Positions 49,091-61,124 of a DNA stretch of 64,000 nt are shown here, in pieces (position 1 is the stretch's first letter; each line of letters begins with the position of its first letter). This DNA is from Macrostomum lignano (Eukaryota). The position numbers and the translations under genes were made by a program. The stretch is taken from assembly GCA_002269645.1 (NCBI GenBank), contig NIVC01001976.1, positions 152,767 through 216,766 on the forward strand, given 5' to 3'. Under the pieces are notes generated by a model that ran no database searches, had not been told where the DNA came from, and saw nothing but the letters and a program-made list of their open reading frames with translations.

Positions 49091-50905
49091 CTTGGTTCAT
49101 CAAGTGCAGTAATTCTTGGTTTATCAAGTGCAGTAATCCTTGGTTTATCAAGTGCAGTAATCCTTGGCTTATTAAGTGCAGTAATCCTTGGCTTATCAAG
49201 TGCAGTAATCCTTGGTTTATCAAGTGCAGTAATCCTTGGTTCATCAAGTGCAATAATCCTTGGTTCATCAAGTGCAATAATCCTTGGTTCATCAAGTGCA
49301 ATAATCCTTGGTTTATCAAGTGCAATAATCCTTGGTTCATCAAGTGCAATAATCCTTGGTTCATCAAGTGCAAGAATCATTGGTTTATCAAGTGCAGTAA
49401 TCCTTGGCTTATTAAGTGCAGTAATCCTTGGCTTATCAAGTGCAGTAATCCTTGGTTTATCAAGTGCAGTAATCCTTGGTTCATCAAGTGCAATAATCCT
49501 TGGTTCATCAAGTGCAATAATCCTTGGTTCATCAAGTGCAATAATCCTTGGTTTATCAAGTGCAATAATCCTTGGTTCATCAAGTGCAATAATCCTTGGT
49601 TCATCAAGTGCAAGAATCATTGGTTTATCAAGTGCAGTAATCCTTGGTTCATCAAGTGCAATAATCCTTGGTTCATCAAGTGCAATAATCCTTGGTTCAT
49701 CAAGTGCAAGAATCATTGGTTTATCAAGTGCAATAATCCTTGGTTCATCAAGTGCAATAATCCTTGGTTTATCAAGTGCAATAATCCTTGGTTCATCAAG
49801 TGCAATATTCCTTGGTTCATCAAGTGCAATAATCATTGGTTCATCAAGTGCAATAATCCTTGGTTCATCAAGTGCAAGAATCCTTGGTTTATCAAGTGCA
49901 ATAATCCTTGGTTCATCAAGTGCAATAATCCTTGGTTCATCAAGTGCAAGAATCATTGGTTTATCAAGTGCAATAATCCTTGGTTCATCAAGTGCAATAA
50001 TCCTTGGTTTATCAAGTGCAATAATCCTTGGTTCATCAAGTGCAATATTCCTTGGTTCATCAAGTGCAATAATCATTGGTTCATCAAGTGCAATAATCCT
50101 TGGTTCATCAAGTGCAAGAATCATTGGTTTATCAAGTGCAATAATCCTTGGTTCATCAAGTGCAAGAATCATTGGTTTATCAAGTGCAATATTCCTTGGT
50201 TCATCAAGTGCAATAATCATTGGTTCATCAAGTGCAATAATCCTTGGTTCATCAAGTGCAAGAATCATTGGTTTATCAAGTGCAATAATCCTTGGTTCAT
50301 CAAGTGCAATAATCCTTGGTTTATCAAGTGCAATAATCCTTGGTTCATCAAGTGCAATATTCCTTGGTTCATCAAGTGCAATAATCATTGGTTCATCAAG
50401 TGCAATAATCCTTGGTTCATCAAGTGCAAGAATCCTTGGTTTATCAAGTGCAATAATCCTTGGTTCATCAAGTGCAATAATCCTTGGTTCATCAAGTGCA
50501 AGAATCATTGGTTTATCAAGTGCAATAATCCTTGGTTCATCAAGTGCAATAATCCTTGGTTTATCAAGTGCAATAATCCTTGGTTCATCAAGTGCAATAT
50601 TCCTTGGTTCATCAAGTGCAATAATCATTGGTTCATCAAGTGCAATAATCCTTGGTTCATCAAGTGCAAGAATCATTGGTTTATCAAGTGCAATAATCCT
50701 TGGTTCATCAAGTGCAAGAATCATTGGTTTATCAAGTGCAATATTCCTTGGTTCATCAAGTGCAATAATCATTGGTTCATCAAGTGCAATAATCCTTGGT
50801 TCATCAAGTGCAAGAATCATTGGTTTATCAAGTGCAATAATCCTTGGTTCATCAAGTGCAATAATCCTTGGTTTATCAAATGCAGTAATCCTTGGTTTAT
50901 CAAGT
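49091..50905. repeat. 24-bp satellite, ~75 copies with higher-order structure
   Basis: ATCAAGTGCAATAATCCTTGGTTY; variant monomers recur at 240-bp and 552-bp spacing. Confidence 0.97.
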
Positions 50906-51755
50906 TGATGTAACCACGTTTTGATCGCGGGGTCATGTCAGGAAATTTTTCGAAATGTCCCCGATCCCCTTTGACCCACTGGGCAGAGTTGTCGAGACTG
51001 GACCGGGTTCCTGACCAGGCGCACTGACTCCCGCTCTGTAGCGTTCCCTTGCTGTCCCTGTTCCGTCTTCCAATCAGTCGCACTTGCCCTTCCGGAGCCC
51101 CCTTTTTGTGCATCTCGCCTGCCTCCCCATTTCTCATGCGCCACACCCCATGCATCATGTGCTTCTCATGTTTCCCATCTTTTTGTCAACGTTATAGCAC
51201 GGTTTTCTTGCGCTGTCCCTTCTTCATCCCGTGCCTACTTAGAGTATTGTTTGTGCTCCTCGTCACCCCATCTCCTTTTAGAATCCCAAATGGTGACGCA
51301 AGGCTCCAGACCCCTCCCTCACCCCGATGACTCGATCATCACCCTCCTCTTGCGCAACCTTTTCTCATGCTATTGTTCTCTTATCAAGATTTCTCATGCG
51401 ACACCCACCCCTCCTCCGCCTCTATTGTTCTCTTTTTTAATTTTTTTGTTCTCCTTTTAGCAAATATTGATAATTATCACATTTTTCCTGATTTTCTCGT
51501 TCTTTTGTTCTCGTTTTCGCACCCAATTAGCACCCCTCTCTCAATGTTTGCTCTGCTATTGTTCTCGGTTCTCCCCAATTATTGGCTTGTACTCGTACCT
51601 TCGGTCCTACCTTTGGACTCGTTTCGTCTATAAGACGAACCTATGCCGGCCCGCGGTCCAGCATGCTCAGCATCACCTGAGCTTCATCAGCGCCTCGTCG
51701 CTTCAGCGCATCGCCACTTCACTACCTGCCTGTCTGCAGTCAACAGCTCACTCCA

Positions 51756-51794
<39 letters not shown>

Positions 51795-52684
51795 AGCTGC
51801 CGGTGAGTTCGTGTACTGATTTGTACTCTAATTGCCTTTGCTTATCCGGGGTTTGCTTATTTCCCATTGCTTGACTAGAGGACTGAGCCAATTGTGTACC
51901 GTACTTTGCTGTATTTTACTCAATAGTGAAGCCGCCGAATCGCCTGCTTATTTCGCCTAAGGGCCTAATTATTAACAATTACTAAACTCCTCCTTATTCA
52001 CTCTTTCACCACCATTTCACTCATGAGTTGCTGAGCCTTTCTCCCTGGGTGAAAAAGCATAAGGAAGTTTGGGTAAGCCAATGGCCTCTCCCTGTGAAAC
52101 GCCCGCCTGTGTGTGCGTGCTGCGGGTCCGTGTGTGTCAGTAGAGGGGATTAGCGATTTGTGGCACAGAATGGCAGCAGGGAGGTTGCAACCCCATGCTG
52201 ACGCGTCCCTTCGCCCTGAGCAATCTGAACTTTAGCTAGCACATGTTCACCTCACACTACTCTTAGTAATTGAAGCCGCAAGTCCGCCTCATTCACAGCC
52301 ACAAAGGATCTCCTGCTGAGAAATGCTCCAGATTGATCCCAGAGTTCCCGATTGTGCCCAAAGCAAAGTCCCTGTACTCGGTTGCATGCGCCTCCCCTGT
52401 TAGCTTAAATCCTCTGGTAATCAATCCAGACAGGGCTCTAGCCTGATAAGGTCTGGTCATAGATCCAGGTGAGCCCGGTCATATAGAGTGGTGGCAGCCA
52501 CTCGGTCACGCCAATTATTGCACCTTGGCTGCAGGTGGGGCCCATGTGGGTCCTCGGCCCTCTGGTTTCGAGGTCCTTCAGGTCATTCAGGGCAAAGGTC
52601 CTTCAGGTCATTGCCCGGTCATAGGCAGCCTACGGTCATTGCTCCTCCCTGCGAAGCGGACGGTCATCAAGGGCGATTACATCA
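50906..52684 (+). mobile_element. Solo-LTR-like element family A (1,779 bp), orthologous to 22518-24450
   Basis: TGATGTAACC...GATTACATCA; TSD AAGT (50902-50905, 52685-52688). Confidence 0.83.
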
Positions 52685-53078
52685 AAGTGCAATAATTCTT
52701 GGCTTAGCAAGTGCTACGTGGCAAAATGGCGAGCACAGTAAAGAAGAGGAGAAAAGATGGGCATCAGTTTGCTCAGGTGGAGCCCACGGCAGACCGCAGC
52801 CGGTTTGATATTTTTAAATCATCAAGCATCCAATATACTAAAACTAAAGTCTTAAATCTCCGGTCCAGCAATCGAGCTTCTCCTTCAATCTGCGGAATTC
52901 ACTCGCTCTTGGCTCGACTCTCTCTCTTGCTCATTGATACTTCTACCTTAAAGAGCGTTGAAAATTGATGAAGCTGCAGATGAAGATGAATTTTTAACTC
53001 AATCAAAAATGTGTGGCACAAAAAACATTGTAAATCCTCACTGCTGTGAGAACCCTGGCTTTCCTTCTCGCATTGCAG

Positions 53079-53132
53079 AAGCCGAGAGGCCCGGCGGGCA
53101 GCCGCTCACGGCTTGGATTCGCGCCTCCATCG
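53079..53132 (+). CDS. Gene 3 exon 2: 54-nt linker exon
   Basis: CATTGCAG|AAGCC...CATCG|GTGAGT; phase 2 to phase 2, open. Confidence 0.7.
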
Positions 53133-53241
53133 GTGAGTCTGACCGGTTCGGCTTTCACTGCCGCATTGCGCCTTCTAACAGGCTGGCAGCTTGGGGCAGA
53201 AATTGCAGCGAAACTCAGCAGGGTTGAGATTGGGTTGGACT

Positions 53242-53431
53242 GAGTGCTGCAGCAGCTGCACTCTCAGCTCTCCTGCTTAAGATGACAGTCTGAGTGCTGC
53301 AGCAGCTGCACTCTCAGCTCTCCTGCTTGAGATGACAGTCTGAGTGCTGCAGCAGCTGCACTCTCAGCTCTCCTGCTTGAGATGACAGTCTGAGTGCTGC
53401 AGCAGCAGCTGCACTCTCAGCTCTCCTGCTT
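53242..53431. repeat. 50-bp minisatellite, ~4 copies (unit C)
   Basis: Same unit as 88-825. Confidence 0.93.
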
Positions 53432-53486
53432 GTTCTGACCATCCAACTCTGAGCAATTCACCCACACGCATCTCGGATCATTCCAG

Positions 53487-53857
53487 GCTCCCAGACGACT
53501 CCCAGCAAGACAGGCGCCTGAGCGAGGAGCTGCATCGACTGCTCAGCGATGCGGGATTCACCGAGCAGAGAGCAGAGTGTCAGCAGAGACTGGCTGACTG
53601 GCTGCAACAAGTCGTTCGAGTCCTCACACTGGAAGGCGATCGCAGGCAGATGACGGGCAGCTACGCAGAGGGCTGGGCCAACAGTCTGGTGCAAGTGAAC
53701 GGCAGGACAGCTGCAGACTCGGACATTGACTGGACTGTGCTGGTTGCTGGGCAGGAGTTTCATCTGGAAGGTGGCTGCAAAGGAAGATCTGGATCCTGCC
53801 GAAACGCCACTTGGCTGCAGGTCACGGAGGGCCACGCACAGGTGGCAGTGGGAGCAG
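53487..53857 (+). CDS. Gene 3 exon 3: cGLR catalytic N-lobe
   Basis: TTCCAG|G ... GCAG|GTGAGT; 371 nt = 1+369+1, open; GS and DSDID motifs intact. Confidence 0.87.
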
Positions 53858-53980
53858 GTGAGTGAGGCTGGGTTCATCATCAGAATGCTGAGATCCGCAT
53901 GCAACTGGAAGCCCATTAACTTTGCTCAAATATAAATTCGCAACCGAGTGGTGCCCAGCTTCCAGCAGCTTCTGTGACTG

Positions 53981-55734
53981 TGTCTTTACCTGGGTCGGTT
54001 TGGGTGTCCAGTCCCGAGTGCAATATGTAATATACGTGATATTATATATTGTGATGTATATTGTGACGCTCTGTCTGTACTTTTTTGGATACGAGCAGAC
54101 GTGACGACGCTCTTCGAAAGTAATTCGATCCATTTGGTGTTGTGACACTCAGAGTTCACGCTGCGGCTCGAGGTGTGGTGACACTCTCGAGTGCTTCTAG
54201 TCTCGATACTGTAGGTTGTACAAACTGTATAGAGTAGCCGGTACAGTACTACAAGAAGCTATATCATCTCCGGCGTTATGACGCTCTGGCAAGAACTCTG
54301 CCTAACAAGCTCCCCAGAAAAGAATGAACTCAAGCAGCAGGCGGCTTACCAGTGGCCAAATCGCCGTTCGTACGTTTATTGATTTGCTCGTTGGTCTTGA
54401 CTTCTTGACTTGACTTCTTGACTGGTTTCTGACTTCTCAATTCTCAAAGACTCTTCTCACTAAGGCTCTTATGTTTCGTTTATCGTAGTAGCTAGTGTTG
54501 CTGTTTATTACGTCAATTCTCGCGCTTGCACTCTCGGAGCACACCAAAACACAAAAGCGCAAACAGCACGAAGGGCGTGGGCAAGACCCAGAGCCGCACT
54601 ATAAATAACAACCAAACCCTGGGGCCGATGGCCTCACCGGCTAAGCCCACAAAAACAAACAAACAACCCCAACTGTGATGTTGGGGCTCAAGGGCTCGGT
54701 CCTTTCGTGCCCCTTTTCCAGACCCGGGTTCGTGTACTGACCCCGGCTGCGGTCCTCCACTGACACGCGTACGACGCGGTGTCCGTCGGGACTAGGCTGC
54801 TCGAGCGTACGACGCTCGACAGCCTACAGACTCGCGTACGACGCAGAGCTGCTTGGGGTGGGACCGGCGTACGACGCACTTAATCCCTCTAAGGTGCCTA
54901 GTACAGATGCAGACCCAAATGACGTACAAATTGGAAGGCTTACCAGCCGCGATTTCAGTCGTACAAGAAACAGCGCCGTCAGACCAGTAGTGATCTCGAT
55001 ATTCTTTACTTATATATTTGTCTAGCAATTCTGCGAGGAATAGCAATTCAGCAACCAACGCTGGCACAATCGCCGAGGAGCCACGAAGACGACAAGAATG
55101 GGGTCCCAAGGGGGTCCGAATAAATAGGCAGCAAACTGGGGGTTGAGGGCGCAGGATAAAGGCAGAAAAGGGGGCTTAGACATCAGCCAAGGCAACAAAT
55201 GAGCTGTACCAGCCAATCGCCGGGGCGCAGCACGGCAGACTGGGACTGGCAGCCAATCACAAACAGGGGCGGGGCAGCAAAGCTAACAAAAGAATGGGGC
55301 GGGGTCGCACGCAAAGAATGGGGGGTCGCACGCAGAGAATGGGGGTTGAACAACAGACAAGGCCTAGGCAGAGAGGGGGGGGGAGGGTACGCACGCGCAG
55401 AAGTGCAGGTGGGTGAGTCAGAAAATATCTAAGGAGGGGGGGGGAGAGGACGGCCCACTGGCCCGGTGCAGCAACTTAGCAAAGAGCACACTGTCATAAC
55501 ACATTCATGACACAACAAAATAAAGACTGGCCGCGCCGGCCAGCCAATCAAAACCCCGCCTAGGAAGGGAGGGGCTGCACCCGCGCCAAAGCTGGCCCGG
55601 CCGCAGCCAACCAGCACTGAGCACGGGGCAGGGGCACGGCTGGAGAGGGGCACGCGCAAAGCACGACCGGCAGCCAGACCCTGCCACGCCCGCCAAACCC
55701 CCTAGCCAGCCTCAAAGTGCAACGCGCCCTGCCA
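53981..55734. mobile_element. Insertion specific to gene 3 intron 3, possibly two TG..CA elements in tandem
   Basis: Absent from units A and B. ACTG occurs at 53977-53980, 54672-54675 and 55735-55738, each at a CA or TG junction. The right host flank matches the empty site only loosely. Confidence 0.5.
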
Positions 55735-56283
55735 ACTGACTGAGTGAATGAATGGAACCAGCGGCAGGCGAAATTGAAAAGAAAACTCTGACGCCGACTG
55801 GCTGAGCCGGGCCATTGGGTTTTGAATTCACAGGCTCCGATTGCAGCAGAGTGGGTGCAGCGGTGCTTGGGTGACCCACGGTAGGCGGCATAGCTCTGCT
55901 GAGGTGCTGCTGCTCTCAATTGGAAATTTCAAAAAAAATAAACCGAAGCCGCCCTGACTGCCTGATTGGTGCCTTGCTGCGGGGCACTGAGTCCTGATGA
56001 TTCTTGAGCAGCTGTGCTGAGCTGCCACCTGATGAAGCCAGAGCAGCTGAGGGCAAACTCAGTGGGTGCAGAGGTTTTTATTCGGCTCTTCAGAGGGCGC
56101 CAAAATTTTGTGGCGTCTCATCAAGCAGCCAAAAATCTATTGAATACCAGCTAAAAATTTAGAGGCTAACATACAATAACATATGTACAATAGCATGTGT
56201 ATATTCAGCTAGTGTATAAATACGAGGCAAATAAATCGTAAGTGGCAAACAGGTGCGCTCCCTCACAACTGATGACACAACTT

Positions 56284-56390
56284 TCCAATATACTAAAAAT
56301 GAAAATTTTGCTTGCAATCGATTATCTCCAGAATGGCTTAAACGATTTTCATGAGACTTGCAGTGTTCGATCAGAAATTTTCTCGTGACG
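56284..56390 (+). mobile_element. Helitron-like 5' fragment
   Basis: TTCCAATATACTAAAA...AATGGCTTAAACGATTTTCATGAGACTTG resembles the 5' ends at 24600 and 28842; absent at the equivalent unit B position (~30985). Confidence 0.4.
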
Positions 56391-56417
56391 GTACATGTGT
56401 TCTCGTTCCGGAGTCGC

Positions 56418-57950
56418 TGCGGCGCCAGTTCCTGACCGACTTTCACGAGGGCATCGGCGGCCACTTCCAATTCCCAACGAAAATTCCTAAGGAGTCGACA
56501 CTCACAGCCGGCTCAAGCACTGGTGGTTGCTGCTGCAGGAGTTCACCTTCACCATCAAGTGCTCAAAGGGCGTCGACAAAGTGGAGGCAGGCGGCCTGTC
56601 GAGGATGCACGAGAGACGTTTTTTATCGTCAGCAACAGAGCTGCAGCCGCAGGTGTCCAACCGAGAGATACGGCAGGCGAAGCGGGCCGATCAGAAGCTC
56701 AAGCTGGTCATCGATGCACTGGAGAACGACAGCGCGACCCCGCCAAGTTGGTCCGACAGCGGACTGCGACACCTCAGCCGCATCTGGCGGAAGTTGCGGA
56801 TTCAAGACGGCTTTCTCTGTCGCGCCTTTAACGATGCTGCGGGACAGAGGGAGGTGTCCGTGATTCCTGAGTCGAAGTTCCTGACCGACTTTCACGAGGG
56901 CATCGCGGCCACTTTGGACCGGAGAAAATGGCCGACACGCTGAAGCAGACCGCGTACTGGCCTGGGCTGCAGAGCGACGCGGTGAGTTTCTGCCAGGAGT
57001 GCCAGACCTGCCAGCTGAAAAAGGCGCAGCACCGGCCAGCAGCCCCACTCGGTGAGATGCCGATCGGCAAGCCCTAGCAGACGGTGGCGATCGATGTTCT
57101 GAAGGTGCCGACATCAAACCGAAACAACAGCCAAGACCAGTTCTCCAAGTTCCTGACCGCCGGGCCGATGTCAGATCAGACCGCCAAGACCATCGCGGAC
57201 GCTGCAGTGAAGGTCTTCTCCCTGCTCGGAGTCTCGTCCGTCCTCCACTCGGACCAGGGCGCGAACTTGGATAGCGAGCTGTTCCAGGAGACGCTGCGAG
57301 CACTGGGCATCAGGAAGACGCGCACCACGCCGTACCATCCACAGGGAAATGGACTGACTGATGCAGCTCGGCAACAAGTCGCTGCTGCAGCTGTTGAGGC
57401 TGCTTGCCGATACCGATTCCAGCTGGAAGGAGCAGCTGCCTCTGGTGGTCCTGTCCTACAACTCCAGGGTCCACAGCTCAACCAAGGTGGCGCCGCTGAC
57501 GGTGATGACCGGCTACGACCCGGCGCTCCCGCCGAAGGTGAAGAGCAGCATCAGCACCTACTTGGCACTACTGGGGTGGCGGCTGGCCCGGATTCGCGAG
57601 TTCGTCAAGGAGAATCTGGTAGCCGCCGGGCAGCAGCAGAAGGCGGCTTACGACAAGAAGGCGTCAGATCTGTTGCAGTTTCTCCAAGGCGCCGAGGTGC
57701 TGCTGAGCATTGAGATGCGGCGCTCGAAGCTGGCGCCCTATTTGGAGCCGGGCTGGACGGTGCTTGAGCAGGGCGGTCACTCTGTGTGCATCCGCCGCGT
57801 CTTCGGCAGCCGGCCGATTCGCTGGGTGCACGTGAACCGGCTGTGCAGGCCGTTTGAAACCCAGCAGCCCGACTCTGAGCAGCTCCGCCAGCCGCCGGTG
57901 ACCCACCGGGTCGCGCCGGAGCCCAGCCCAGGACTTCTTTGGTGTGAGCA
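56418..57950 (+). mobile_element. Degenerate gypsy RNaseH/integrase relic, orthologous to 31013-32595
   Basis: Same motifs and the same in-frame TAG (AAGCCCTAGCAG) as the unit B copy. Confidence 0.88.
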
Positions 57951-58449
57951 TTGAGTGAGAGACCGAGACTGGTGCGGACAGTTCTGTTATTGCATCTGCC
58001 GTAGCTGTTTGCTCTTATTGTTCTTTCGTTCCACTGTTTGATTTAGTCACCTCATTTGCGTTTTCTCTTTTCATTGGGGGTAACAAAAGTACGAATAGTT
58101 ACTTATCTAAAGAGGTGTTAAGCGATCTTTATTATGGTCGAATGAATCACAGAGCTTTGAAACTACGCGCTTGTCTTAAAGTTTTCTTATCAAGTCTTTA
58201 AGTCCAATTCAATATTTTTCATAATTGCATGCCGGGTTGCTGCTTAAAAATATGAAAATTGGGTGGAAACTTCTACCTTTTGGCCTTTTAGGTTTGAAAG
58301 GAGAGTAAATTTAATTTAACTGTCGAATCATCAGAATTGTCTAGCAGCCGAGAAAAAAATATTGTTGTTTTAAATGATATATCATTAGATTCAAACCAAC
58401 CCCTTATTCACTCGCCACAAAGCGACTCTCCGCTCACTGCGCCCTGCAG

Positions 58450-59883
58450 GCAGCCAACCTGCAGTGACAGCCACGGCGTGCGGTGTGCGGCCTGCACAGG
58501 ACACGTGCCATGCGATCCAGTGCTGCAGCAGTTTCTGTGAGGACAGAATTAGAAAACTGATTGAAGACACATATATTCCAGTTCACCTCGTTCGGGCGAC
58601 CAGACCGAGCTCGACCAACGAGCTCAGAGTGAGCTTTAGCTTCCAAGAAAAACACATCATGAGACGGCTGAGCACAGTCCAGGGCCAGCTGTTCACACTC
58701 ATCAAGTTCATCTTCAAGAGACACTTGCCGCGCACTCTGGACACACATGGACTCAAGACCTACCATGCAAAGACTCTGCTCTTCACAATGCTGGAGAAGC
58801 ATGGCACACATCCTCAAAAGAAGGCTTGGCAGCCCCACAATCTGATTGCTCTGCTCAAGGAGTCTCTCGACATGATGCTGAGCTTCATCGACTCGAGCAG
58901 CTCTCCCGATGAGTGCATGCCGCACATCTTCATGCCGACGCTCCGCTCTACTTCAAGAACGCTGGAATCGGCGGCGACTTCGACAACACGAAGGCGAGAG
59001 TTCGAGACCGACTTCGTGAGCTTAGAAGCGACATCGGCGGAGTGGTCGAGCAGCTGAAGACACTCGTGAAACCTCTGCACTCAGAGAAGTTCTTCTACTT
59101 TCAACCGTTCACTCTGCTACCCCTGACAGCGCCGCCTGCTGTCTCGGAGATCAGGAAAGGACGTGACTATCCAGCTAGGTACTATAAGTTCGCAGACGTG
59201 TACAGTGTGGTGCACCAGTGTGTGAGCGAGCTGCAGTCGGAATCGAGCGACAGAGACACCCTGATGAGGCAGCTCAGTCTCCTTCGTAAGCTGAAGTGGT
59301 GCAAGTGCGCCGCCCTGTGCATGACCGCCATGGCGCATTTGAAGTTCAATGACTTTAAGGAGGCTGAGAGACTCACGATGAAGCTGCGGGGACATCAGGT
59401 TGAGTCAGGGTTGAAGCCATTGGATATTCGAGATAAGGGTAGATACCAGTTTAGTGAGATAAAGCTGCCAGAAGACTCTGACTGGGCGTGGAGGTTCTGC
59501 CTCCCCTGCGACTCTCCGCCTCGCTTCCCATTCCTTCACGAGTTCACGCAGACTCTGTTCACAGCCAGACTGTCGCAGTCTTACTCGCAGCCCCACCTGT
59601 ACGTGAACTTCCGCTGCCTGAGCTGGAGTCTCCAAGCTGAGCTGCTCCGCAATCGCGCACCTGCAATCGCATTCGATCATTGGATTGAACAGCTGCTTGG
59701 AGACCCGGACTTGAGGAGCTGCTCACTCTGGCTCACTACAGCGACTGCCGCGAGCACGTGGAGCTCAGCCTGCAGCAGATGGAGATGATTGAGGAAGAGA
59801 GACGCGTCGCCATGGATACGCAGGACGAGGAGAAGATCGGCAGGGTCAGGCGGAAGCTGGAGAGACTTGATGCAGCGGCTTGA
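58450..59883 (+). CDS. Gene 3 exon 4: Mab-21 C-lobe plus shortened tail (two 1-bp deletions)
   Basis: CCTGCAG|GC; CCC to CC at ~58936 and GG to G at ~59715 relative to genes 1 and 2; ends KLERLDAAA*. Confidence 0.75.
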
Positions 59884-59977
59884 GTTGAACTCGTAATTTT
59901 GTAAGCTTCTGTGGCTTTTCTCTCTTTTGAGTACACGAAGTTTTACTGAACATATTTTACATATATAATATAGCTTC

Positions 59978-61060
59978 TTGCAATTGAATTCGCCGCCTCA
60001 AAGTTGAGCAAAAAGGAGTGGTCTACCATAGACAAGTCAGCAGACGCAGCAGTTGATTTCGCACAAGCTGCAGTTCAAATTCGCAGCAAATTCAGCAGTT
60101 TATTTCCATGCTCATGATGATGTAACCGCCCTTGTCGCCTGTCCTAGAGCGTAGGACCATAGAAGGCAATTATGACCGTAGGCTGCCTATGACCGGGCAA
60201 TGACCTGACGGACCTCCAGCACCAGACTGTCCCGCCCACATGATTGATAGCTTTGGTAGCGCTTTCGTGACCAGAGGGCCAACACCCACATGGACTCCGC
60301 CTGTAGCCAAGGTGCAATAGTTGGTCACTAGGTCATAGCATGACCAAGTGGCTGCCACCACTCTATGTGACCTGGCGCACCTGGATCTTACTACCAGACC
60401 TCTCGAGGCTAGAGCCCCGCCTGGATTGGTTTCCAGGAGATTTAGTCTAACAGGGGAGACACATGCAGCCGAGTACAAGGACTCTGCTTGGGGCATGATC
60501 GGAACTCTGGCTCAATCTGGAGGATTTCCCAGCAGGGATACTTTGTGGTTGTGAGCGAGGCTGACTCACGGCTTTGATTACTAAGAGTAGTGTGAGGTGA
60601 ACATGTGCTGTCTATAGTTTAAATTGCGCAGGGCGAAGGGACGCGTCAGCATGGGGTTGCAACCTTCCTACTGCCATTCTGTGCCAAGTCTCGCTAATTC
60701 CCTCTACTGCACGCACACACGGACCCGCCGCACACACACACAGGCGGGCTTTGCACAGGGAGAGGCCATTAGCTTACCCAACTTCCTTATGCTTTTTCAC
60801 CCCGGGAGAAAGACTTAGCAAGCCATGGGTGAAATGATGACGAAAGAGTTAGTAAGGATGAGGTTAGTTATAGTTAATAATTAGGCCCTTAGGCGAATAA
60901 TTAGGCGATTGGGCGGCTTCACTATTTAGTAAAAGTGCAGCAAATGATACGATATCACAATTGGCTCAGCTCTCTATAATTAAGCAATGGAAAATAGGTA
61001 AACCCCGGATAAGCAAGGCAGTTAGAGCACAAATTAGTAATATGAACTTTTCGGCAGCTG

Positions 61061-61124
<64 letters not shown>

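Larger units (their letters stand above)
1..59920. repeat. Head-to-tail segmental duplication, about 2.3 units visible (A ~1-29150, B ~29150-53150, C ~53150-59920)
   Basis: Bases 1-87 match ~29163-29250 and ~53152-53241. The same order of exons and satellites recurs. Non-coding blocks such as 10000-10700 and 35435-36135 are near-identical. Homology of unit C stops near 59920. Confidence 0.95.

Noticed and set aside
52726-52776. Alternative first exon MASTVKKRRKDGHQFAQ for a stand-alone NTase gene
   Set aside because: Unit A has an extra A that breaks the frame, the donor is weak (GTGGAG/GTGCAG), and phase 0 does not fit the conserved phase-2 acceptor of exon 3. Not fully excluded without transcripts.
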